Assembly (NCBI GenBank): GCA_016839785.1
Contig: JAEOTQ010000177.1
Location: 30,550-94,549 of the forward strand
DNA: 64,000 bases
Origin: Candidatus Hodarchaeota archaeon
GTDB taxonomy: Archaea > Asgardarchaeota > Heimdallarchaeia > Hodarchaeales > Hodarchaeaceae
Reading direction: 5' to 3'
Of the stretch, positions 40,301-47,145 are shown in pieces. The position numbers and the translations under genes were made by a program. How positions within the stretch are numbered: position 1 is the first letter of the stretch; every line of letters starts with the position of its first letter. The notes under the pieces are model-generated. The model did not search any database. It was not told the origin of the DNA and worked only from the letters and a program-made list of their open reading frames with translations.

Positions 40301-41577
40301 CAAATCCAACTAATCCCTTTATGCATTATTCAGATGACCCTCTATCAGAATCCAGTCGAGTACGGAGAAGACAAAATCAAGTATCGTCTGCAATATCTCA
40401 AAGTAGTATCCTTCGGTTTATTCGGAATAATATTCTACCAGTTCAGACGATATTTTTGTTATTAATGGCAATAATTACGTTCAATTATATTCTTGATGAA
40501 AACATAATAATGCGAGGATTAAATATTTTTGACACCTTTATTAGATTTACCATGTCCTTAACAGAATATATTGATCCTCAGTATCAAGTTACATTCCTTA
40601 ACATTAATCCAGTTCTGGTTATTGTTGGACTTGCTGCTATAACCCCCATTGCGCATTATTTAACATACAAACAAGGCCCCGAATCTCTCCTTATTTCTGT
40701 TCTTGGAAGTATATTCTGGGCTTTCCTAGGGATAATAGTTATTATTTTTTCAATGTTAGTAACGGCTTCCCTTGTAATGATAATTCTAATACCAGTTCAG
40801 GAGAGAATTGGAGATTTTTCGACTCCAAATACGGTAGTGCTACTCGAATTTTCTAAACTTGGCTCATTACTTCTAGTTGGTGTCATTTTCTTTTATCTCT
40901 TTCAAAAATTTTGGTGTTTTATGACTATCCGTGGGATAGAACCAGAATTATCATACAGAGGACATCTTACTCTTGTTAAAACATATGGTTCAAGGGGAAA
41001 TATGGGATTCATATTTTTGCTTTTAGGTCATATCTTACTCCAAACTGTCTTATACTCAATTGCTGGCCCATTTTCATTGTCCGATCCGATATATCCCGAT
41101 CTATCCACAACCCCTCCGATTGGACCAATTGAATTCTTAATTTATTCTATTTATGAAGTTGGATATTACCTCTTACTAATCATATATACCATTGTACATT
41201 TTGGAAAATCGGTTAATTTAGCAAGGAGTGGTTCAGTCCAATATAAACCTGTTAAAGTGCAAATCCCTGCAGAAACTATTGTTAAAAGTCAAGAACTGGC
41301 AAATAAAATTCTAGTTGACAATGTAAAAGGCATTTCTCTAAACAAAAAAGGTATTCAACTATTTAGTGAGGTGATCAATGGCCAGAAACTTCTTTTTTTC
41401 CAAGAAAACGATAGTAAAATACCAGTAGCAATGAACTATGCACTCCATTTTCCAAAAGAGTACGTACCATTATCCGAAGAACATCCTACTCAAATAAAAG
41501 TACCAAATGCTGAACAAATCGAGCGGTTCGTACATCTAATGCAAGATTTCGAATTTAGAGAAGATGTAACTTCATAA
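37354..41577 (+). CDS. Giant (1407 aa) FtsX/MacB-like permease-domain membrane protein with an extra C-terminal polytopic region and a conserved cytoplasmic tail
   Basis: Two FtsX-like units (TM, large extracytoplasmic domain, then 3 TM with the conserved RxxE(F/I)G(I/T)(I/M)RAIG motif, seen as RSKEFGIIRAIGG and REIGIMRSLG). Additional TM helices in residues ~1000-1300. There is no adjacent ABC ATPase. Confidence 0.6.
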   Translation: MRDFSEDNHSNADYLKKRLHQGRLLIQSIKTRKLRSELKSIKSHTRTNIRSQTQKLTKFSWQRSTRQRGAGIMLSWGLARRNVTRSKYRSFLLIFGIMLTVALETGIVISVDTLYDDFVFDHRNQNYTDITVHPINWQNLANMTQMAQKVAKTPGVVRASPVYYTNIDNLFGQAVKKSNILIYGIDSKTHPDFRRINITLGERSLKNNRMIISDTLYDQGGLTIGESVNLNDLGPEYKSQEITLGGVMDDEPFFGNKIGYAFILLDIELLYNIVYENQLISLLSSEIDVEINSIVDIKKISENIKDAVGLNYYVFSEKDISEIEASGIRAYQTAMNLVIMASFVVEFLFITNVLAISIRDRSKEFGIIRAIGGKAYQLIESVAYEILIYSAIGCTIGVGVGIALSSVLTGVMDDYYVGLEFQQLSIHTTSLIVTYLSGALVALISGLYPIFLAISMPVVQNIHSRMRSGSSFDTLTNSWKYTVGTGFLLALVGFILQYYVGPSRFLDFEILSLHFVAVLMIFIGTVFLEIGILVFLPKIAMKLLIGFSFITRTISTRNIAREFQKSLFTIMTSAMALTFIIVVGLISAAVISGVPAYYENQWGAIDLVAETRDAELLPTSTTNRIDGMSGVVRSSFIQEVRTEVDNTSSYVYGVDPFKYVYFSEPPVDSLSSFQPYELLSQSNVNRTNGVISHILYQKLRVPLGSNISLKIATNSTVNNSIVKNSTVGNSTVKIRTVNVTLTAVVKANIFLGNGEYLYIPSAQFREFFNSTVAKWFLCDVEEDEVQRVKRNLEFNFPEFKEDGVVSITFFTDMMRESLIFQSAIFQVLFFESFILAAIAQFVCILVSTLRMEREIGIMRSLGLNRRGVFGIFMTESIALGISALFVGLFDGILGAVLLADYISASIPIFVSFPATSLIIWMSISFLITILSTLLPSYRSSRKNIVATISGRPMVKGYVDKDPYRLRSELRAVESPWLTSYGSSNPTNPFMHYSDDPLSESSRVRRRQNQVSSAISQSSILRFIRNNILPVQTIFLLLMAIITFNYILDENIIMRGLNIFDTFIRFTMSLTEYIDPQYQVTFLNINPVLVIVGLAAITPIAHYLTYKQGPESLLISVLGSIFWAFLGIIVIIFSMLVTASLVMIILIPVQERIGDFSTPNTVVLLEFSKLGSLLLVGVIFFYLFQKFWCFMTIRGIEPELSYRGHLTLVKTYGSRGNMGFIFLLLGHILLQTVLYSIAGPFSLSDPIYPDLSTTPPIGPIEFLIYSIYEVGYYLLLIIYTIVHFGKSVNLARSGSVQYKPVKVQIPAETIVKSQELANKILVDNVKGISLNKKGIQLFSEVINGQKLLFFQENDSKIPVAMNYALHFPKEYVPLSEEHPTQIKVPNAEQIERFVHLMQDFEFREDVTS
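39493..39567 (+). repeat. 5 x 15-bp in-frame tandem repeat (aattcaaccgtaaat-like) encoding NSTV(N/K/G) units
   Basis: The units aattcaaccgtaaat, aattcaattgtaaag, aattcaaccgtaggt, aattcaaccgtaaaa and attagaacagtaaat are seen directly. They encode N-S-T sequons in an extracytoplasmic loop of the giant protein. Confidence 0.8.
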
Positions 41578-41669
41578 TTATACCTGAATGATGAAATTCT
41601 CATATTAAGTATTCAGACAAGTATGTTTTTTAGAATCAATCTACTTTATCTGCATTAAACGTGTAAATT

Positions 41670-41722
41670 AATACAAAAATCTCTTGAATTCTTTAGTAAA
41701 TTAGTTGAACCTCATTGGAAAA
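41670..41722 (+). promoter_or_regulatory. Conserved leader/promoter element, copy A (paralog of 46020..46072)
   Basis: tacaaaaatctcttgaa...gtaaa(t/a)tagttgaa(c/t)ctcattggaaa is near-identical at the two loci, although the flanking coding sequence has diverged to ~70% identity. Confidence 0.35.
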
Positions 41723-41923
41723 TTTCACAACATTGATAAGAAAAATTTATTAAAATCATACCTCCTTCTGATAGGAGCCACACTAATTTGGGGAGGAAGC
41801 TGGCCCCTTGGCAGGTGGTTGGTGTCTGAGGAAGTGGGAGGAGAAACGATTCCCCAATCAATGATTGCTATTGTGAGGTATTTTATCGTAATTTGGGCAT
41901 TTATCTTGGTATTTTCTTTGTAA
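41705..41923 (+). pseudogene. Truncated 5' fragment (72 codons) of an EamA/DMT transporter paralog
   Basis: Its translation (KSYLLLIGATLIWGGSWPLGRWLVSEEVGGETIP...) aligns with the N-terminus of the intact 321-aa EamA protein at 46065..47030, then ends at a TAA stop after the first TM helix. Confidence 0.5.
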
Positions 41924-42040
41924 GAGTTAATAAAAAACACAAAATCATTAGGAAGCGATTTTTCCAAAAGGTTAGATAATTCAGAGATTGTATATATACC
42001 TAAAGAAATCACACATTTGAAATTAAGTAAATTTCTCTAG

Positions 42041-42712
42041 GTGACTAATTTGGTAATTGAGAGGCTTTACGAAGCGTTGAAGAAATCTGTAGAAGAATAT
42101 AAACCCGAAAAGGCTAAGAAGATTACTAAAGAACTCTTAGAAGCCCAGGTTGACCCCTTAAAAGTGTTAGATGAAGTACTGAATCCAACAATGGAAGAAA
42201 TAGGGGAGAAATTTGATAATATGGACATATTTTTACCTGATCTTATGGGTGCTGCTGAAGCAATGCAAGCGGCTACCTCCATCTTAACAGAACAGATTAA
42301 GAAAAGTTCCACTAAACCCACTGAATCGAAAGGGAAAGTTGTACTAGGAACAGTACTTGGAGATATTCATGAAATCGGGAAAAATATTGTTAAAATTATG
42401 CTAGAAACCTCAGGATTTGAAATATTTGATTTAGGAAAAGATGTTCCTTCTCTTAAGTTCATTGAAAAAGCTGAAGAAGTTAATGCAGATGTGATAGCTT
42501 TATCAGCACTTATGACAACTACAATGCATTCTCAGAGAGAAGTTATTGAACTATTAGAAGCGTTAGGAAAGCGTGATAATTATATAGTTCTTGTTGGTGG
42601 TAATCCAACTAGTGAAAATTGGAAAAAAGAGATAGGAGCTGATGGATGGGCTGAAACTGCAGTCGAAGCTACAAAGCTCATAACGAAAATGATTAGCGAG
42701 AAGGTGAGATAG
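42041..42712 (+). CDS. Methyltransferase cognate corrinoid protein (B12-binding, MtmC/MtbC/MttC-like)
   Basis: N-terminal helical cap, then the B12-binding signature GDIHEIGKNIV (DxHxxG), then SAL and LVGG. GTG start. Confidence 0.85.
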   Translation: MTNLVIERLYEALKKSVEEYKPEKAKKITKELLEAQVDPLKVLDEVLNPTMEEIGEKFDNMDIFLPDLMGAAEAMQAATSILTEQIKKSSTKPTESKGKVVLGTVLGDIHEIGKNIVKIMLETSGFEIFDLGKDVPSLKFIEKAEEVNADVIALSALMTTTMHSQREVIELLEALGKRDNYIVLVGGNPTSENWKKEIGADGWAETAVEATKLITKMISEKVR

Positions 42713-44098
42713 ATGGGCACTCCTCCTTGGCGTATCAATGAAGTACTAGATAGAGCACAAAATGGACCAATCTGCTTAGAAAAGGATTTTGATTCTAACC
42801 TCTTTGTACCCGAACTTAAGAGAGTAATTAAGGAGTATGATATTTGTTTTGATAAATTGACACCCGTACCTTCTGATGATACTCTAGCAGATAGTATTTG
42901 GAAAGCCGCTATGGATTTTTACCTCACGGTGGGAACTCTTTGCACTGATACTTATCGTAGAATTGTTTTTACAGAAAATGAAATAAAGGAAGCTCTAGGA
43001 AATTTTCCTGGAAGGTTCACATTGGGCTTTGGACGTGATTCAAGAGAAATTACTGGTAGACAAATCGAAGATAAACGAAGACCTTTCTGTCTCTTTTCAC
43101 CTGACATCACATGTGACGAAGATCTTTTTGTTCCCATGAGTATGGCATATTTACAGGAACCTCTAGCTGATGGTGTTTGTGCTCCAATTCTTGATGAAAT
43201 TGAGGGTATGTCAATTCGATCTGGTTCTCCATCCGAAATAAAGGGATCAGTCGCGCATGCCATGATGTTTAGAGAGGCTGCAAGACGAGTTGGTCGTCCT
43301 GGAATTTTTCTTAAGAGTGTAGGAACCGCAGAGTCTGACGCAGCTCAAATCGCAGCCAGCAATCCTGAATGGGGAGAAAGATTAACTGATGGACGATTTG
43401 TGGCTAGTGTAACAGAACTGAAAGTGGATAATTCACTCTTGAACAAAATGGTACATTTTCATACATATGGTTGTTTTGTAGGAGCACTTACGGGTCCTAT
43501 TTTTGGAGGATTTGCTGGGGGCCCTGAAGGTACTGCTATTGTTGGCCTTGCTTATCATTTACAAGGATTACTTGTGAATCAAGCACATTTCTTAAATTAT
43601 TTTCCGTTTCACTTGAAACACACTTGTAATACAATGCGTGAGCTTCTTTGGGTAATCTCTATCACCTATCAAGCCTTATCTCGGAACAGTAATTTAATCT
43701 CTCTGTCTAATGGATTTACTGCAGCTGGACCATGTACCCCCATGGTCTTAAGAGAGGCCGCAACTCACTCACTTGTAAGTGTTGTTTCCGGTTCTAATCT
43801 TTGGGAAATAGCTGTCGCTAAGAATAGGAATAAGAACTTCGCCACACCCATGGAAGCTAGGATTGCCTGTGAAGTCGGTTGTGGAGCAGCAAAAGAAAGG
43901 ATTTCAAGAAGTGATGCGAATGAGATTGCGCTAGCTCTTCTTAAAACTTATGAAGAAGATATCGAGAACGCACCACTAGGGAAGAGCTTTCGTGATTGCT
44001 ATAATATACGAAAGATTAAACCTTCAGTAGAATATATGGATCTCTTCAATAGAATGAAAAAAGAACTAAAGGACAATGGTGTTCCATTCGTATATTAA
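42713..44098 (+). CDS. MtmB-family (monomethylamine:corrinoid methyltransferase-like) protein without pyrrolysine
   Basis: Blocks shared with Methanosarcina MtmB as I remember it: CTDTYRRIVFTENEI, GRPG, PIFGGFAGGPEGTAIVGLAYH, AAGPCTPMVLREAA, TPMEARIACEV, APLGKSFRDCYNIRKIKPSVEYM...KELKDNGVPF. The ORF is continuous with no in-frame TAG. The stop of the corrinoid gene abuts this ATG. Confidence 0.75.
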   Translation: MGTPPWRINEVLDRAQNGPICLEKDFDSNLFVPELKRVIKEYDICFDKLTPVPSDDTLADSIWKAAMDFYLTVGTLCTDTYRRIVFTENEIKEALGNFPGRFTLGFGRDSREITGRQIEDKRRPFCLFSPDITCDEDLFVPMSMAYLQEPLADGVCAPILDEIEGMSIRSGSPSEIKGSVAHAMMFREAARRVGRPGIFLKSVGTAESDAAQIAASNPEWGERLTDGRFVASVTELKVDNSLLNKMVHFHTYGCFVGALTGPIFGGFAGGPEGTAIVGLAYHLQGLLVNQAHFLNYFPFHLKHTCNTMRELLWVISITYQALSRNSNLISLSNGFTAAGPCTPMVLREAATHSLVSVVSGSNLWEIAVAKNRNKNFATPMEARIACEVGCGAAKERISRSDANEIALALLKTYEEDIENAPLGKSFRDCYNIRKIKPSVEYMDLFNRMKKELKDNGVPFVY

Positions 44099-44333
44099 CG
44101 TGCTTTCCTAATTCAAATTTGACCATATTCAGGTTCTATCTAGTTACATAAGATAATTACATTAAACCGTTTCACAATGTCTACAAAGATCTTCTCATCT
44201 TATTTGTGAAATATTTTCAGCAATATTTGTTGCATATGTTACTCAAAGGATCACTCGACAACCTGGATACAAAAGCATTCAGAAGAAATCTGAATGTCTA
44301 ATTGAACACACTTCGAAGACGTTCCAAATCTTA

Positions 44334-44704
44334 AAGACGTGGAGGGTTCAATAATCTCATAAAACCAACCAACTTCAGATCACTAAATCTTGCTTGTTGA
44401 GAATCTTCTGGGTGAATGTCGTGTTTATTAAAATAATCATATACATCGGTAAGGAATTCTTTTACTAATTCACCTTGTATTTCAATAACATCTCGTTTTA
44501 TGCTCCTATTTATAGGATGTTTCTTTTTACGTTCTTCTTGGATCTTCCACCCATTATTCAGTCGTTCTATGGTTTCATGTAGATCAATTTTTATTGTATC
44601 AAGGGAGTATAACTTTGCATACGATAAAAATCGTTGAGAAGCGAATATAATGAATGAGATAACTACAATAATAGTGTCTGCAATAACTAGTATTATAATC
44701 AGTC
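44334..44704 (-). pseudogene. 123-codon stop-free reading frame without a start codon: possible gene remnant
   Basis: It translates to protein-like sequence (...HETIERLNNGWKIQEERKKKHPINRSIKRDVIEIQGELVKEFLTDVYDYFNKHDIHPEDSQQARFSDLKLVGFMRLLNPPRL*). No ATG, GTG or TTG lies upstream in frame. An open frame of this length is unlikely by chance in ~31% GC DNA. Confidence 0.3.
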
Positions 44705-44886
44705 TTATAACTGTTTATATTCTACATACGCCGTTGGGGTGTCGTCTAGGTATCCATAAATATAAACAAGAAGGAATGGCAACATCTACACCAATAGAAT
44801 ATCACATGATCTGTTTAAGATGTGGCAAACCGAAAACTGTTTTTAGGAAAAGGAAAAAAAATAATTACAGAAACTCAAGTATTTAG
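44650..44886 (+). CDS. Small protein: N-terminal TM helix plus zinc-ribbon-like Cys pairs (doubtful)
   Basis: 78-aa ORF with TM ITTIIVSAITSIIISLITVYIL and Cys pairs C..C / C..C. It overlaps the minus-strand remnant. Confidence 0.25.
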   Translation: MNEITTIIVSAITSIIISLITVYILHTPLGCRLGIHKYKQEGMATSTPIEYHMICLRCGKPKTVFRKRKKNNYRNSSI

Positions 44887-44959
44887 TCTCTATTTGAATA
44901 AAATTTTTAAAAACTATACCACAGAAGCGAAATTTAGTCTTTTCTGAGGTTTAGGAAAA

Positions 44960-45634
44960 ATGAACAAAGGTTTTTTATTTTTGATCGTGATCCTTTTAGG
45001 TCTTTCTTTTGCGACCTATCCTTTACCTGTTGAGGGAGCAGTGATTCATAATGAAACTTCCCTCTTTCAACCGCTTTCGATTTCGGAACTCAGTCTATCC
45101 GGGAGGTTCTATTTTGAGAATAGTTCAGAACTGAATTCAATCTTTCGGTTATTATACTATTCTGCGGTACGTATCGGGGAAAAATATAATGTGTCTTTCA
45201 GTTTAGACAGTAATTCAACGACAAACGTGCGAATTACTTGTTCTATTAGTCCTAATATGTGGGAGGGCCCTACAGAGATAAATCTTCAACCCTTTGAGAC
45301 AAAGAGTCAGATTTATTTCTCCCATGTCTGTGGGGATAATCTAGATGTGATTAGTCCAGTCTTCAAACTCCAGTTAATGAATAGTACAGCTAAGGTGAGC
45401 GGATATTATGAAGCAGTCTTGTTATTTGCTGGATATCAACACCCCTCCTGTGGGATTGGCCAAATAATCGTTTCAAATATTACACAATGGTTATTCGATA
45501 TTTCATCTAGTAAGACTACTAGTACGACTACTAGTAACACTACCTCCGATGTGACCAGAGAATTTCTAATTTATGTCTTCCTCGGGCCAATACTTATTGC
45601 ATTCAAAAGGAAAAGGCTATTATTTACCAGATGA
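44960..45634 (+). CDS. Secreted/surface-anchored glycoprotein (signal peptide, N-glycosylation sequons, Thr/Ser stalk, C-terminal TM plus basic tail)
   Basis: N-terminal signal FLFLIVILLGLSFA. Several N-x-S/T sequons (NETS, NSS, NVS, NST, NIT). Stalk SSSKTTSTTTSNTTS. C-terminal helix EFLIYVFLGPILIAF followed by KRKR. Confidence 0.55.
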   Translation: MNKGFLFLIVILLGLSFATYPLPVEGAVIHNETSLFQPLSISELSLSGRFYFENSSELNSIFRLLYYSAVRIGEKYNVSFSLDSNSTTNVRITCSISPNMWEGPTEINLQPFETKSQIYFSHVCGDNLDVISPVFKLQLMNSTAKVSGYYEAVLLFAGYQHPSCGIGQIIVSNITQWLFDISSSKTTSTTTSNTTSDVTREFLIYVFLGPILIAFKRKRLLFTR

Positions 45635-45782
45635 TTGTGGTATTCCAAAAATCTATATCGAATTATTATGTGAATCCAAAAAACAACATAATCGTGTTTT
45701 TATTTGGATTAGATACCGTTTTTCGACATTATTTCATATCTTAGGTGTCTATTTGGTGTGTGCGCGAAGCACACTGTCGTGT

Positions 45783-45947
45783 GATTCAATTGAGATACAT
45801 ATGATTTATACCTTTCATTTCACAAATGAGTATACAGTATTATCCGAAGATCTTAAAACTAAAGTAAAAGTCCCAAATGCTGATCAAATACAACGATTCA
45901 TGCATCTAATGAATGACATAGAGTTTACACAAGAAACGTCTATTTAA
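45783..45947 (+). CDS. Short ORF whose ~55-aa C-terminal module is paralogous to the tail of the 1407-aa protein
   Basis: MIYTFHFTNEYTVLSEDLKTKVKVPNADQIQRFMHLMNDIEF aligns with MNYALHFPKEYVPLSEEHPTQIKVPNAEQIERFVHLMQDFEF. The track's upstream part (45573..) overlaps the glycoprotein gene in another frame and is probably not coding. Confidence 0.3.
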   Translation, partial: DSIEIHMIYTFHFTNEYTVLSEDLKTKVKVPNADQIQRFMHLMNDIEFTQETSI

Positions 45948-46019
45948 AGACACAAAAATGACAGACAAATGACATTTTTTCTACAACACTTATTTTGTAC
46001 TGCCATATCAAAGGAAATA

Positions 46020-46072
46020 ACTACAAAAATCTCTTGAAATTTCAAGTAAAATAGTTGAATCTCATTGGAAAG
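46020..46072 (+). promoter_or_regulatory. Conserved leader/promoter element, copy B
   Basis: See 41670..41722. Confidence 0.35.
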
Positions 46073-47030
46073 CACCCAAAACGTAGAAAGAAAATATGAA
46101 CTGAAATCATACCTCCTTCTGATATTAGCCACGCTAATTTGGGGAGGAAGCTGGCCCTTAAGCAGATGGTTAGTCTCCGAGGAAGTAGGTGGTGAAACTA
46201 TTCCACCTTTAATGGTTGGGATCTTGAGGTATTTCATAGCTATTTGGGTTTTTTTCTTTTTATTACGATGGCGTGAGGGTACAATTAACTTTCCTGCTGT
46301 AACCGACCACTGGAAATCTATATTTCTAATGGGGTTGACTTCTGTAACCATTTACCAAATTGGTTTTTTATATGGAGAATATTATACAGCTGCAAGTGAT
46401 GCAAGTCTAATTGTGGCAACAAATCCAATCTGGGTCTTCATATTATCTGGATTCTTTCTGGGTGAAGGTTTTGGATGGAAAAAGGCAACAGGTGTCCTAT
46501 TAGCATTTTTTGGGGTCTTATTCGTTGTAGGATTTTCACCCAATGTAGATGTCCCAAATCGATTTCTAGGCACTCTCTTCATCCTTTTTGCTGCATTAGG
46601 TTACTCTACATATACGATTATTTATCGACACTACATTAATGGATTTGATACACCCTCTGACAAACCCTCTTCACTTTTTGTTATCACATGGGTTTCTTTC
46701 TTCGGTTTTCTTATCACAACTCCAATTTCATTGGTTTTGAATCCAGAATATTTAAACCTTTTTCAATATTTGCAAATTCCCGAACGTATCTGGCTTGGAG
46801 CGGCGTATTTATCATTATTATCAACGGTGGTTGCTTATTGGTTATATTTAGAGGCCGTTAAGAGGTTGAATGCCAGCCGTGCTGCAATCTTCATAAATTT
46901 AGTACCCGTATGGGGGGTTTCATTATCAGTTCTTTTTTTGGGGGAATTACTTGATCCATTAGTCCATACTTCAGCCTTCATTTTAATTTCCTTGGGAATA
47001 TTCTTAGTGAATCGGAGTCAAAATGGGTAA
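46065..47030 (+). CDS. EamA/DMT-superfamily transporter (10 TM)
   Basis: 321 aa with two EamA-like halves (…ATLIWGGSWPL…; …FAALGYSTYTIIYR…). Apparent TTG start. Confidence 0.8.
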   Translation: MESTQNVERKYELKSYLLLILATLIWGGSWPLSRWLVSEEVGGETIPPLMVGILRYFIAIWVFFFLLRWREGTINFPAVTDHWKSIFLMGLTSVTIYQIGFLYGEYYTAASDASLIVATNPIWVFILSGFFLGEGFGWKKATGVLLAFFGVLFVVGFSPNVDVPNRFLGTLFILFAALGYSTYTIIYRHYINGFDTPSDKPSSLFVITWVSFFGFLITTPISLVLNPEYLNLFQYLQIPERIWLGAAYLSLLSTVVAYWLYLEAVKRLNASRAAIFINLVPVWGVSLSVLFLGELLDPLVHTSAFILISLGIFLVNRSQNG

Positions 47031-47145
47031 CAGAATTTAAAATCCAATTTCACCAAAATAAAATAACTAGATTCCAACTTTTGATATCTAGCATATGTAT
47101 CCTGAAGTTTATTAGAAATTAGTAAATTTTGCCTCTTGATGCTGG

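Noticed and set aside
42713-44098. In-frame amber codon (pyrrolysine) expected for MtmB
   Set aside because: I read through the aligned region (GRPGIFLKSVGTAES) and the ORF track. The frame is continuous over 461 codons with no TAG, so this is a non-Pyl homolog.
45573-45782. 5' portion of the 124-aa ORF in the track
   Set aside because: It overlaps the glycoprotein gene in a different frame. Only the last ~55 codons are conserved with the paralogous tail module, so I kept only the conserved part as a feature.
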